Part shown: piece after piece, positions 38,089-46,720 of the stretch
Layout of the letters: each line of letters opens with the position of its first letter
Position numbering within the stretch: the stretch's first letter is position 1
Source of the DNA: a virus
Lineage: Duplodnaviria; Heunggongvirae; Uroviricota; Caudoviricetes
DNA length: 64,000 nucleotides
Direction: 5' to 3' (one strand)
Virus record (IMG/VR): IMGVR_UViG_3300003310_000099
Span: 106,295-170,294 of that record
Made by a program: the position numbers and the translations under genes
Notes under the pieces: model-generated
The model's input: only the letters and a program-made list of their open reading frames with translations
What the model was told of the DNA's origin: nothing
Databases searched by the model: none

Positions 38089-38721
38089 ATGAGCTACATT
38101 TATCCACCACGACCTAAAGGCGCAGTACCACCACACGAACTCCCTTACTTTGAGAGTCAGGGCATGTGGTGCGTGCAACGTAAGTACAAGGGGGCAAGGT
38201 GCGTAATCACTATTGGTGAAGATTCAGTGGTGAATTGTTACGGTCGGCACGGTCGCAATTTTCTAGCATATTCAATGCCAGAATCCGTGAAAAGAGAAAT
38301 TTTGGCATTGCCTGGATTGCAAAAAGGTGTTAAATACGCTTTTGACAGTGAAGTAATGATTAAGACAAAGGCGGAAGACACCAAGGGCAAGGTCATTCTG
38401 TTTGACATTCTACAGCGTGATAAGTATTTCTTTCTCAACCCAAATCAAAAACAGAGACTGGAATTGCTCGATGAAATCTGTGGCAAGCCGAGAAAGCTTG
38501 ATCCTTGGAGGGGTATGGCTTATCAGATTTCCGAAAATGTATTGATGGCTCCGACCTATTTTTCAAATTTCTTAGAAGAATTCAATAAAGAGCTTGGTGA
38601 AGAAATTGAAGGTTTAGTTTTACGCAGGCTAAGTTCTGTGATTGACAGTTACGGCGACAAAGAATACGAAGTCACTTGGATGATTCGTTGTCGCAAGCCT
38701 GCTAAGCATTGTAACTTTTAG
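38089..38721 (+). CDS. ATP-dependent ligase-type nucleotidyltransferase domain (no OB fold)
   Basis: Motif I QRKYKG.R, III FDSE, IIIa LFDIL, IV EGLVLR, V RCRK. Confidence 0.7.
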   Translation: MSYIYPPRPKGAVPPHELPYFESQGMWCVQRKYKGARCVITIGEDSVVNCYGRHGRNFLAYSMPESVKREILALPGLQKGVKYAFDSEVMIKTKAEDTKGKVILFDILQRDKYFFLNPNQKQRLELLDEICGKPRKLDPWRGMAYQISENVLMAPTYFSNFLEEFNKELGEEIEGLVLRRLSSVIDSYGDKEYEVTWMIRCRKPAKHCNF

Positions 38722-38726
38722 GAGTC

Positions 38727-39926
38727 TTGCAAATGGAACTATCCAAAGTAGCGGTAGTAGATGGCAAAGAATATGACTTGCCCGATGGCTTTGAACCGTT
38801 GGGCGAAGATGGTCTGTTCCTTGCCGATTTTGATTTGCTTGAGTTGGCAGACGAACCCGACTTGCTTGAAGTGGGAAACGCCAAGGATATTCAATTCTTT
38901 AATCCCCGACACTTGGGCAAGGGCGAAGATGAAGGCATAGCTATAAAGGGACAAGGCTTCAATAAGGAAGAGATGCACGAACTTCTGAATGATATTCAGA
39001 AGAATGGCCTTGAATACCACCTTTGCGGTTTCTGGACCAAGAAGGATGAGAAGATCAAGGTTAAGGTCAACGACGGCGAACGACGTTTTCGCTGCCTGGA
39101 CCACATGCGCCGCAAGGAAGAAAAGGTTTGGTCCCCAAAGGACCAGCAGTTCATGTCGGCCAAGGAAGTCTACGCCAGAATTCCCATCAAAGTTAAGTCC
39201 ATGAGTGAAGAAGAAGCACTCATGCGTGCCTGTGCGGTGAGCGAGACTTCGGTGAAGTGGGGTGACGCAGCATTAGCACGACTCGTTAAGATGTTGTATG
39301 CTGCTGGCAAGGGTGATGAAACCATCTGCAAGGTGGTGAACAAGGGTCCACAGTGGGTTGCCGAAACCTACGCTTTGAATAACCTTGACGATATGTGCTT
39401 CGGTTACTTGCTGCAAGGTAAGATCAACCGAGCCGTTGCCAAGCAGTTGCTCAAGATCACTGATGAGAAGGAACGCCAGCAACGCTGCATCGACGCTTTC
39501 AATGATGCTGTAGCCAACAATGCCACCGCCGTAGTTGAGGCTGAAGCCGCAGTTGAAAAGGCTGAGAACAAGGAAGAGTTGGCGCGGGCCGAACTTGAAG
39601 AAGCCAAGCTCAACGGTGCTGATGCCGAAACCATTGCAGCCTTGGAAAAGAAGATCGTTGACGCTGGCACCAAGGTCAAGGCCAAGAAGCAAAACCGTGC
39701 AGCTTCTGTTAAGCCAATGGCCAAAAGCAAGAATTTGAGAAACGCAACTGGTGCTGCTAAGGCTATGACTGTGGCCAAGGTCAACAAGCAGTTGACTGGC
39801 ATCAAAGAACTGATTGAAAAGAACGATGAGACTTATGCTCCTGTCTCAACTCTCAAGGTAGTTCAGGTGGTGCTGAAAGCCTTGCTGAGTGGTGATGACT
39901 TGAAGGAAGCATTGAAGTCCATTTAA
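38727..39926 (+). CDS. ParB-like N-terminal domain protein with a C-terminal coiled coil
   Basis: FFNPR ... EL..DI...GL ... VNDGERRFR. Confidence 0.6.
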   Translation: MQMELSKVAVVDGKEYDLPDGFEPLGEDGLFLADFDLLELADEPDLLEVGNAKDIQFFNPRHLGKGEDEGIAIKGQGFNKEEMHELLNDIQKNGLEYHLCGFWTKKDEKIKVKVNDGERRFRCLDHMRRKEEKVWSPKDQQFMSAKEVYARIPIKVKSMSEEEALMRACAVSETSVKWGDAALARLVKMLYAAGKGDETICKVVNKGPQWVAETYALNNLDDMCFGYLLQGKINRAVAKQLLKITDEKERQQRCIDAFNDAVANNATAVVEAEAAVEKAENKEELARAELEEAKLNGADAETIAALEKKIVDAGTKVKAKKQNRAASVKPMAKSKNLRNATGAAKAMTVAKVNKQLTGIKELIEKNDETYAPVSTLKVVQVVLKALLSGDDLKEALKSI

Positions 39927-39947
39927 GTGACTGTGGTTTAGAAAACC

Positions 39948-39986
39948 GAAACGGACCAACAGTAAAATGTTGGTCCGTTTCTTTTT
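39948..39986 (+). terminator. Intrinsic terminator
   Basis: GAAACGGACCAACA-GTAAAA-TGTTGGTCCGTTTC-TTTTT. Confidence 0.85.
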
Positions 39987-40006
39987 ATACATGCATATAT
40001 ACTGTA

Positions 40007-40699
40007 ATGAATAAGCAAGAATGGCTTAAAGAAAGAAAAGAAAAAGGTTTGTGTTACAATTGTTCAAATGAAGCAGTGCATAACAAAACTCGTTGTGCTA
40101 ACTGTCAAATTAAAGATAGTCAAATCGCAAAAAATAAGGCAAATAAAAGAAAGTTACAAGGCATATGCATCAAATGTAGTAGTGTGACTGTGAATGCTTA
40201 TTGTGATAAGTGCAATATAAAATGTAAAAAAGATCGCATACACAGACTATCCTGTGGCATTTGTGCCTACTGTAAAAAAAATCAAAAGGTCAATGGCAAG
40301 ACTCACTGCCAATCATGTATAAACAGAAAAAAAGCGAAACATAATGACAAGAAAGCGAGTGGCATCTGCTGTGGTAGTGGATGCCATAATCCACCGCAAT
40401 ACAATAAAACCAGATGTAATGAGTGTGTTGCTAAATTAAAATCTCGTTACGCACAATTACGGCTAGAGGTTTTGACCCACTATGGTTTAAAGTGCAATTG
40501 TATGTGCGAATGTACAATTAGCAATATCAAACATTTGACTATAGATCATATAAACAATGACGGTGCCAGTCACCGAAAAACAGTCGGTTCAGGTGAAAGT
40601 TTTTACAAATGGATTATCAAGAACGATTTTCCAGATTTTCTCCAGGTTCTTTGTTGGAACTGTAACTGTGCTAAGCAATATTTTGGGGGGTGCCTTTGA
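40007..40699 (+). CDS. Cys-rich repeat protein with a C-terminal HNH-type domain (paralog of 33512-34231)
   Basis: GLCYNC/GIC..C repeats; LTIDHINNDG..HR...QVLCWNCNCAK. Confidence 0.7.
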   Translation: MNKQEWLKERKEKGLCYNCSNEAVHNKTRCANCQIKDSQIAKNKANKRKLQGICIKCSSVTVNAYCDKCNIKCKKDRIHRLSCGICAYCKKNQKVNGKTHCQSCINRKKAKHNDKKASGICCGSGCHNPPQYNKTRCNECVAKLKSRYAQLRLEVLTHYGLKCNCMCECTISNIKHLTIDHINNDGASHRKTVGSGESFYKWIIKNDFPDFLQVLCWNCNCAKQYFGGCL

Positions 40700-40980
40700 T
40701 TTTAGTGTGTCCACATTGCGGAACTGAAATTGACGAAGCCCTTATCAATGGATTAGCATCCTGTACAAATTGTAAACGAGTATTTGATAGTAGCCTATCA
40801 AGCCGACTCCTCTCAGCCTCATGGCTAGTTCGCAAAAACAATTATCACGGAATTGACCAACTCATCTCCGATACCAAGCTTCCCGAACACGAAGCCATCC
40901 TTGTCTACACCTTCTGTGTGGACAACTGTTACTCCCAAGAAGAATTCTTCCACGCTTTGAAGGAATTGGGGATTCAATAA
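40690..40980 (+). CDS. Zinc-ribbon hypothetical protein
   Basis: CPHCG ... CTNC. Confidence 0.65.
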   Translation: MPLILVCPHCGTEIDEALINGLASCTNCKRVFDSSLSSRLLSASWLVRKNNYHGIDQLISDTKLPEHEAILVYTFCVDNCYSQEEFFHALKELGIQ

Positions 40981-41039
40981 ATACATATTTTCCTGATTGG
41001 AATTATTGCTTCCTTACTATTGTAATAAAGGAGGAAATA

Positions 41040-41876
41040 ATGTATTGTAGAAATTGTCCTAAATGCAATAAAGAAATTGCCTACACTATTAAAGGCAACC
41101 GTGATAAAGCAGAAAAAAAGAAACAAATGTGTCGTAATTGCTCCAATAATGAACTTGGCAAAAAATATATCGGGGCTGGCAATCCTTTTTATGGCAAAAG
41201 ACATTCTTTGACCACTGTGGAAAAAATGAAAAATAAAGATATGTCTTATACACATACTAAAAGTTTTAGACAAAGAAGGAGAGATACCTCAAAAAAAGGC
41301 CGTGAGAACCCAATGTATAACACATCTGTTTATGAACTTTGGGTTGTCAAATACGGTGAAAAGACAGCGGGCGAGTTGTTGGCGGCTACCAAGAAGAAAT
41401 GGTCAATTGCTGCTTCTGGCACAAATAACCCAATGTATGGCAAGCCACCCCCGCAAGGAAGTGGCAATGGTTGGAAGGGATGGTATAAAAATTGGTTTTT
41501 TCGTAGTTTGCGCGAATTATCATACATGATAAATGTTATAGAAAAAGAAAATCTAAAATGGCGGTCGGCAGAAACTAAAGACCTTAGAATTAATTATATT
41601 AATTGGGATGGCACCCCTAGAACTTACTCAGCAGATTTCTTAATTGAAGAGAAATATTTAGTTGAAATTAAGCCAGAAAAATTGAAATCGAGTAGAACTG
41701 TCAGATTAAAGCAACTCGCAGCTATTGAATTTTGCCGAAAAAATAACTTAGAATATAGATTACTTGATATAGCTTTATTGACAAATGAAGAGTTTTTAAG
41801 ATTATATAAAAATAATGAAATAAAATTTACCGAACGATATGAAAAAATGTTTTTGGAGGGATATGAAAATGGGTAA
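41040..41876 (+). CDS. Free-standing homing endonuclease (NUMOD3 repeats plus TnsA-like PD-(D/E)XK domain)
   Basis: NPFYGKRHS, NPMY, NNPMYGK; FRSLRELSY, Y..DF.I, VEIKP. Confidence 0.7.
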   Translation: MYCRNCPKCNKEIAYTIKGNRDKAEKKKQMCRNCSNNELGKKYIGAGNPFYGKRHSLTTVEKMKNKDMSYTHTKSFRQRRRDTSKKGRENPMYNTSVYELWVVKYGEKTAGELLAATKKKWSIAASGTNNPMYGKPPPQGSGNGWKGWYKNWFFRSLRELSYMINVIEKENLKWRSAETKDLRINYINWDGTPRTYSADFLIEEKYLVEIKPEKLKSSRTVRLKQLAAIEFCRKNNLEYRLLDIALLTNEEFLRLYKNNEIKFTERYEKMFLEGYENG

Positions 41877-42378
41877 AGTATATTTGTTGGTAGGGCACAT
41901 TGCTTCTGGCAAATCGACTTATTGCAAGAATGCAGCCAAGGAAGGCTTCATCATATTAAATGATGATTCTATAGTCAATTTACTACATGCCGACGACTAT
42001 ACTCTTTACGATAAGAATTTGAAAATTCTTTACAAGAGTATTGAAACCAGTATTCTTAGTCTTGGCCTATGTCTAGGCAAATCAATCATCATAGATCGTG
42101 GTTTGAACGTCAGTATCAAAGGCAGGCAACGCTGGATTGCTCTTGCCAAGAGTTATGACGTTGAGTGTCATGCCATTGTTATGCCAATGGACACACCAGA
42201 AGTTCATGCCAAACGGCGTGCCAAACATGATGCCCGTGGGCATGACTACAACTACTGGTTAGATGTTGCACAAAGTCATTTTTCTTCATATAATAAACCT
42301 ACCATTGAAGAAGGATTTGATAAAGTACATTGTCTCGGATTCTCTGACATATTAAACGGGAAGGTAATAAATGACTAA
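41869..42378 (+). CDS. P-loop kinase (AAA_33 / polynucleotide kinase-like)
   Basis: GHIASGKST Walker A; IIIDR; RR...R; start at 41869 after SD GGAGG. Confidence 0.75.
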   Translation: MGKVYLLVGHIASGKSTYCKNAAKEGFIILNDDSIVNLLHADDYTLYDKNLKILYKSIETSILSLGLCLGKSIIIDRGLNVSIKGRQRWIALAKSYDVECHAIVMPMDTPEVHAKRRAKHDARGHDYNYWLDVAQSHFSSYNKPTIEEGFDKVHCLGFSDILNGKVIND

Positions 42379-43225
42379 GCTGCTAGATGGATTAGCACTA
42401 GCCAATATCTATAAGGAAAAAATCAAGGCCACTATAAAAGAATTTGATCTAAAGCCTAGATTGGATGTAGTGCTAATTGGTGATGATGAAGCTAGTGTAA
42501 TCTATATAAATAAAAAAAGAGAAGCTTGTAATGAAGTAGGCATAGAGGCTGCATCTTATGAATTTTCAGCAGAAGAATTTCAACATGCTAAGCAATATAT
42601 TGAATATTTAAATGAAATGAATCAGGTGAGTGGGATATTGGTGCAATTGCCACTGCCAAAATCTTGCGACCCAAATGAGATTTTTGACATAATTAATCCT
42701 CTGAAAGACGTGGACGTATTTTCACCTACTAATGTCGGTTTGCTTGTTCAGAATAGACCTAGATTCCTACCGCCTACTCCGTTAGCCGTACAGAAGCTAA
42801 TTTTAGATAACGGCTTAACCATTAAGGGCAAACATGTTGTTGTCATTAATAGAAGCAATGTGGTAGGCAAACCATTGTCTTCCATGTTGATTCAAGATAA
42901 TGTAATGGCTAATGCGACTGTAACTGTTTGCCATGATAATACACCACCATATATTCTAAAGCAGATTTGCCTGTCAGCAGATATAATTGTGGTTGCTGTA
43001 GGCATTCCTGGTTTCCTTACAGTAGACATGACCAGAGAGCATCAAATCATTATAGATGTTGGTATAACCAGAGTTGGCAAGAGGGTTCTAGGAGACGTGC
43101 ATCCTGAAGTGAAAGATAAAGTAATGGCGATTACACCAGTGCCAGGTGGTGTTGGGCCAATGACTGTTGCAATGTTATTATACAACACTGTTGAAGCAGC
43201 TAAATTACAGAAAGCACAATCATGA
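42371..43225 (+). CDS. folD: Bifunctional methylenetetrahydrofolate dehydrogenase/cyclohydrolase
   Basis: GILVQLPLP, KDVD, PPTP, RSNVVGKP, ITPVPGGVGPMTVAML. Confidence 0.95.
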   Translation: MTKLLDGLALANIYKEKIKATIKEFDLKPRLDVVLIGDDEASVIYINKKREACNEVGIEAASYEFSAEEFQHAKQYIEYLNEMNQVSGILVQLPLPKSCDPNEIFDIINPLKDVDVFSPTNVGLLVQNRPRFLPPTPLAVQKLILDNGLTIKGKHVVVINRSNVVGKPLSSMLIQDNVMANATVTVCHDNTPPYILKQICLSADIIVVAVGIPGFLTVDMTREHQIIIDVGITRVGKRVLGDVHPEVKDKVMAITPVPGGVGPMTVAMLLYNTVEAAKLQKAQS

Positions 43226-44190
43226 AGATTAGAATTTTTAGTTTAAATGCTGACAAAGCTTTTGCTGAGTCTATTTGTGATTATTTAGACATAAGCCTTT
43301 CCCCTCACACTGAAAAGTATTTCCCAGACAAAGAACCATATCTTAAATCTGACGTGAATGTAAGAGGCGATGATGTATATGTTGTCACTTCTCTATACAC
43401 AGATGAGACTGAAAGCGTCAATGATAAGTTTGTGAAATTATTGATATTCATAGGTTCACTAAAGGATGCTTCTGCTGCCAGAATAAATTTGGTTGCGCCA
43501 TATTTGCCGTTTCAGAGGGCGGATCGCAAAACAGAATCCAGGGCACCAATCACCACGAAGTATTTTGCAACGATGCTTGAAGCGGTTGGGACAAATCGTA
43601 TTTTGTCAATGGATGTTCACAATTTGAGCGTATTCCAGAATTCGTTCAGGATTCCTACCGATAACTTGGAGGCAAGGAACCTGATGGTCGATTTTGTTGC
43701 TTCTGAATTATCTGATGCTGATATTTCCATCCTTTCCCCAGATAGTGGTGGTGTGGGTAGGGCTGACCGCTTCAGGAAAAGACTTGCAGTAAAATTGAAT
43801 CGGAAAATTGATTTGTCTCACATGGGCAAGATCAGAGAGGGTACAATTGTACATGGGGACGAAATTACAGGGGATATAGCTGGAAAGACTGTGCTAGTGG
43901 TAGATGACATGATTGCTAGTGGTGGCACACTGGTAACAGCGGCTTCCACCATTGAAAAGCACAAGGGTACGCTGTGGGCAGCTTGTGCAACTCATCCGCT
44001 ATTTGTAGGAAATGTGAACGAAAACCTGGCAAAAATCAACAAGGTGATCGTGACGGACACTATTTTGCCCTGTCGGATTGACGACAAAGTAAAGGGCAGA
44101 TTGAAAGTGCTTTCGACCACCAAGCTATTTGCAAGGGCGATTCGTCGCATCCATGACCAGGGTGGGTCTATTAGCGATCTTCTGAAATAG
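43222..44190 (+). CDS. prs: Ribose-phosphate pyrophosphokinase
   Basis: F.D.E, VRG.DV, PY.P.QRADRK, SPD.GG..RA, VVDDMIASGGT, A.ATH. Confidence 0.9.
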   Translation: MKIRIFSLNADKAFAESICDYLDISLSPHTEKYFPDKEPYLKSDVNVRGDDVYVVTSLYTDETESVNDKFVKLLIFIGSLKDASAARINLVAPYLPFQRADRKTESRAPITTKYFATMLEAVGTNRILSMDVHNLSVFQNSFRIPTDNLEARNLMVDFVASELSDADISILSPDSGGVGRADRFRKRLAVKLNRKIDLSHMGKIREGTIVHGDEITGDIAGKTVLVVDDMIASGGTLVTAASTIEKHKGTLWAACATHPLFVGNVNENLAKINKVIVTDTILPCRIDDKVKGRLKVLSTTKLFARAIRRIHDQGGSISDLLK

Positions 44191-44371
44191 GATGAGCGGA
44201 AACCGTTTCCAGTTCAGACCTTAGAACGGTTACGTCCTTGTCGGCTTCAATACCAACACGCACTTTGTTCTTGTTGTCGATACGGACTATGGTGATTTTT
44301 ATGTCCTTTTGTCCAGGTTTTTTGATGAGGATTGTCTCGTCTTTTTTTCGGCTTAATACCAGCATGTTCAT
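44171..44371 (-). CDS. csrA: Carbon storage regulator CsrA/RsmA homolog
   Basis: MLVLSRKKDETILI...I.ITIV.I...VRVGIEA.KDV.VLRSEL. Confidence 0.85.
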   Translation of the reverse strand: MNMLVLSRKKDETILIKKPGQKDIKITIVRIDNKNKVRVGIEADKDVTVLRSELETVSAHPISEDR

Positions 44372-44452
44372 GTCCTTTCTTTAAACTAAAAAGCTCCAAC
44401 ATCTTTACCAGAGTAAGTTTAGAGGAATTCTTAGAAAATTTTTGGTCAGCCC

Positions 44453-44480
44453 TTTACAAGTCAGGTTTTCGGGCTATTAT
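44453..44480 (+). promoter_or_regulatory. Putative promoter (16-bp spacer class)
   Basis: TTTACA-agtcaggttttcgggc-TATTAT. Confidence 0.6.
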
Positions 44481-44579
44481 ATGAGTGTCGGATATGGACG
44501 GCGACTGAATAAGTGGTTCAAGGCTCCCACCTTCAAATCGCCATAAACCTAAATGGGCCTTACGCATCTGGAGAATATC

Positions 44580-45023
44580 ATGAGTCTCAAGGCTAAGTTT
44601 GAAAAGCTGGAAAAGTTGGAAGCCGAAGCTGCCACGTTGAAGGCAGAACTGCTTTCGGAATTGAGCGGTGGGGCTATTGCAAAGCCGAAGGCTGCTGCAA
44701 AGCGAACGCCCAAGAAGAAGACAACGCAGTTGGCCCCTGCCTCTGCGGATGGCACTACCCCGCCAGAAGCGGTTGCCGACGCACCGAAGCGTGTCTCTCT
44801 CAAGAGCATCGTTCAGTCCATTCTCGCCAAGAATCCCGATGGTTTGGACCTTGGCGGCATCGTTGCAGAAGTTCACGGCATGACGGAGCGAAAGGAATAT
44901 GTCTCCAATGCAAAGTCCCTTTCCGCCGTGGTTTCCCAAGCTGTCACTGCTCTCAAGCAGGAAAACGTCATCGTTCACGACCGCGAATCCAAGAAGTATT
45001 CGCTGCCAACGGTTGCGGCCTAA
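44580..45023 (+). CDS. Putative DNA-binding protein (coiled coil, Lys/Ala linker, winged helix)
   Basis: KPKAAAKRTPKKK linker; SLKSIV..IL...PDGL....IV..V; start at 44580 after GGAG. Confidence 0.55.
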   Translation: MSLKAKFEKLEKLEAEAATLKAELLSELSGGAIAKPKAAAKRTPKKKTTQLAPASADGTTPPEAVADAPKRVSLKSIVQSILAKNPDGLDLGGIVAEVHGMTERKEYVSNAKSLSAVVSQAVTALKQENVIVHDRESKKYSLPTVAA

Positions 45024-45032
45024 CCAAAACAC

Positions 45033-45070
45033 AATAAAGCTAGCGGTATGATGCCGCTAGCTTTATTTTT
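45033..45070 (+). terminator. Intrinsic terminator
   Basis: AATAAAGCTAGCGGTA-TGA-TGCCGCTAGCTTTATT-TTT. Confidence 0.75.
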
Positions 45071-45083
45071 AGGAGGATTCCAA

Positions 45084-45470
45084 ATGGATAACATTTCCCT
45101 GTCTGAAATCAACAAGCAGCTGGACACGAAGAATCAAGAAGTTGAAACTTTGAAAGCGGATATGGACACTGCGAAGCAATTGCTTGCTTCGATTGAAATC
45201 CGACTGCAAAAGGTTGTTGGTGAGCCTGTTGCCACCAAGCCTCCAGAAAAGAAGTCTCTTCGCATGGCTATCTCAGAAGTCCTCAGCAATGCCAATGAAC
45301 CTCTGACTGTTGCCGAAATTGCTGAGCTTGTTCTTGAAGGCGGGTACTATACCCAAAGCAAGGACAATTTCAAGAATATCGTGCAACAAGCTTTGAGCGG
45401 TGACGAATTCCGCCGAGTTACCAAGCCAAAGCAACGCCCATCACGCTATGCAATGGAAAACGACGTGTAA
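45084..45470 (+). CDS. Putative DNA-binding protein (coiled coil plus winged helix), resembles 44580-45023
   Basis: SLRMAISEVL..ANEPLTVAEIAELV...GY; start at 45084 after AGGAGG. Confidence 0.55.
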   Translation: MDNISLSEINKQLDTKNQEVETLKADMDTAKQLLASIEIRLQKVVGEPVATKPPEKKSLRMAISEVLSNANEPLTVAEIAELVLEGGYYTQSKDNFKNIVQQALSGDEFRRVTKPKQRPSRYAMENDV

Positions 45471-45473
45471 ATT

Positions 45474-45500
45474 AAAGGGGGAGCTTAGCTCCCCCTTTTT
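45474..45500 (+). terminator. Intrinsic terminator
   Basis: AAAGGGGGAGCT-T-AGCTCCCCCTTT then T-rich. Confidence 0.75.
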
Positions 45501-45542
45501 CTTTTGCCTAAAAATAAATAGCTTAGCTGTACCAAGTAAGTC

Positions 45543-45947
45543 ATGACCATCCAAGAAATTCTTAAAAACGTACACACCGTTCCGAATCCATCTATCGGCA
45601 TTGATCTTGATGGGACGATTGATGAATCACCAGTATTCTTCAGTCTTCTGTCAAATTTTTGGCCTGGAAAGGTGTACATCATTACTTACCGTGATGATCT
45701 TCCAGGTATTAAGAACGACTTAGCCAAGTACAACATCAAGTACACTGATATTATTTCTGTTGACTCTTTTCCTCAAAAAGCAAAGGAGATTGACAGGCTT
45801 GGTATTTCAGTCTTTTTTGATGACATGGATGAGGTTCTAAAACATATCAAATCTAATGTCACTGTATTGAAAATTCGTAACGAGGGAAACTTCGATTACG
45901 ATGATAAGCGTTGGGTGTATAGTGAAGACACAGGGAGACAGATTTAG
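45543..45947 (+). CDS. HAD-superfamily phosphatase-like protein
   Basis: GIDLDGTI (motif I), IITYR, K, FFDD (motif IV). Confidence 0.7.
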   Translation: MTIQEILKNVHTVPNPSIGIDLDGTIDESPVFFSLLSNFWPGKVYIITYRDDLPGIKNDLAKYNIKYTDIISVDSFPQKAKEIDRLGISVFFDDMDEVLKHIKSNVTVLKIRNEGNFDYDDKRWVYSEDTGRQI

Positions 45948-46705
45948 ACTTCAGACAAAGCAGGAAGTCCAAGTCTCTCCCTGTTTTTGTGTATTCTATC
46001 CATTACTGGCCTTGCTCTAAAGTCTTTTGTCACATTAGGGCCAAGATCATGGAAGACTATTTTTCCAGTCTTGAAATCTCTTGCTATGTTGCTTGGGCCA
46101 GCATCATCATGTGTAAACCCTGTGTTGAAATATAACTGATTAATTGCATCCATTGCTGATATAATGTAAGGTATAATGGATGCGGGTTTGTTGTATTGCC
46201 TTGCTGCTTGAGTTGCAAGTTGTCGTTTCTTATCATCTGGAAAGTGTGTGAAATGAGGGTCTTTTTCCCTTAACTCGTCCATTAAAGCTGTAGCAATATC
46301 AGCAGCATCCTTCAATTCTTGTTCAACATTTATATTAACATACTTTTGTAAAATAGCCCATAGTGGTGTACTTGGCACTCGCCAGACGCTAATAACAGCA
46401 GCAGGCACATCCTGCCCAATAGATGCCTTGGCAACATTAGCCTCTACTCGATTGCGAGTAAATTTCACTACCTTATCACCTAAAAAATAAGCCCGTCCAC
46501 CGCCACCTCCTTCTGCAAAGCGGGGCAGTTGTCCAGGCTTATAATTCACTCCATTCTGTTGTAACCATGTATGAAATGAATTTGTGGGGTCCAGCCAGAA
46601 TCTTTCCGTTCCTGTTTGTGATTCTTCCCTTGATACTTCAAACAGGAAAATATGTTTTAAAACATAATTCACACTATATGATGCTTCCCACAATTTAAAA
46701 TTCAT
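45944..46705 (-). CDS. Protein kinase-like (PK/APH fold) protein
   Basis: GGGGGRAY Gly-loop, VVKFT, E, HDDAGPSNI catalytic loop, HDLG. Confidence 0.65.
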   Translation of the reverse strand: MNFKLWEASYSVNYVLKHIFLFEVSREESQTGTERFWLDPTNSFHTWLQQNGVNYKPGQLPRFAEGGGGGRAYFLGDKVVKFTRNRVEANVAKASIGQDVPAAVISVWRVPSTPLWAILQKYVNINVEQELKDAADIATALMDELREKDPHFTHFPDDKKRQLATQAARQYNKPASIIPYIISAMDAINQLYFNTGFTHDDAGPSNIARDFKTGKIVFHDLGPNVTKDFRARPVMDRIHKNRERLGLPALSEV

Positions 46706-46720
46706 GCCATATTTAGTGCA

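Noticed and set aside
41040-41876. Group I intron hosting the homing endonuclease
   Set aside because: Flanking genes look complete and abut the ORF, and there is no room for or sign of intron core elements, so it is treated as free-standing.
43222-44190. prs as part of a phage NAD reconstitution pathway (NARP1/NARP2)
   Set aside because: No partner Namat/NadM or Nampt gene is visible in the window; the folD/pyrE context fits ordinary PRPP supply.
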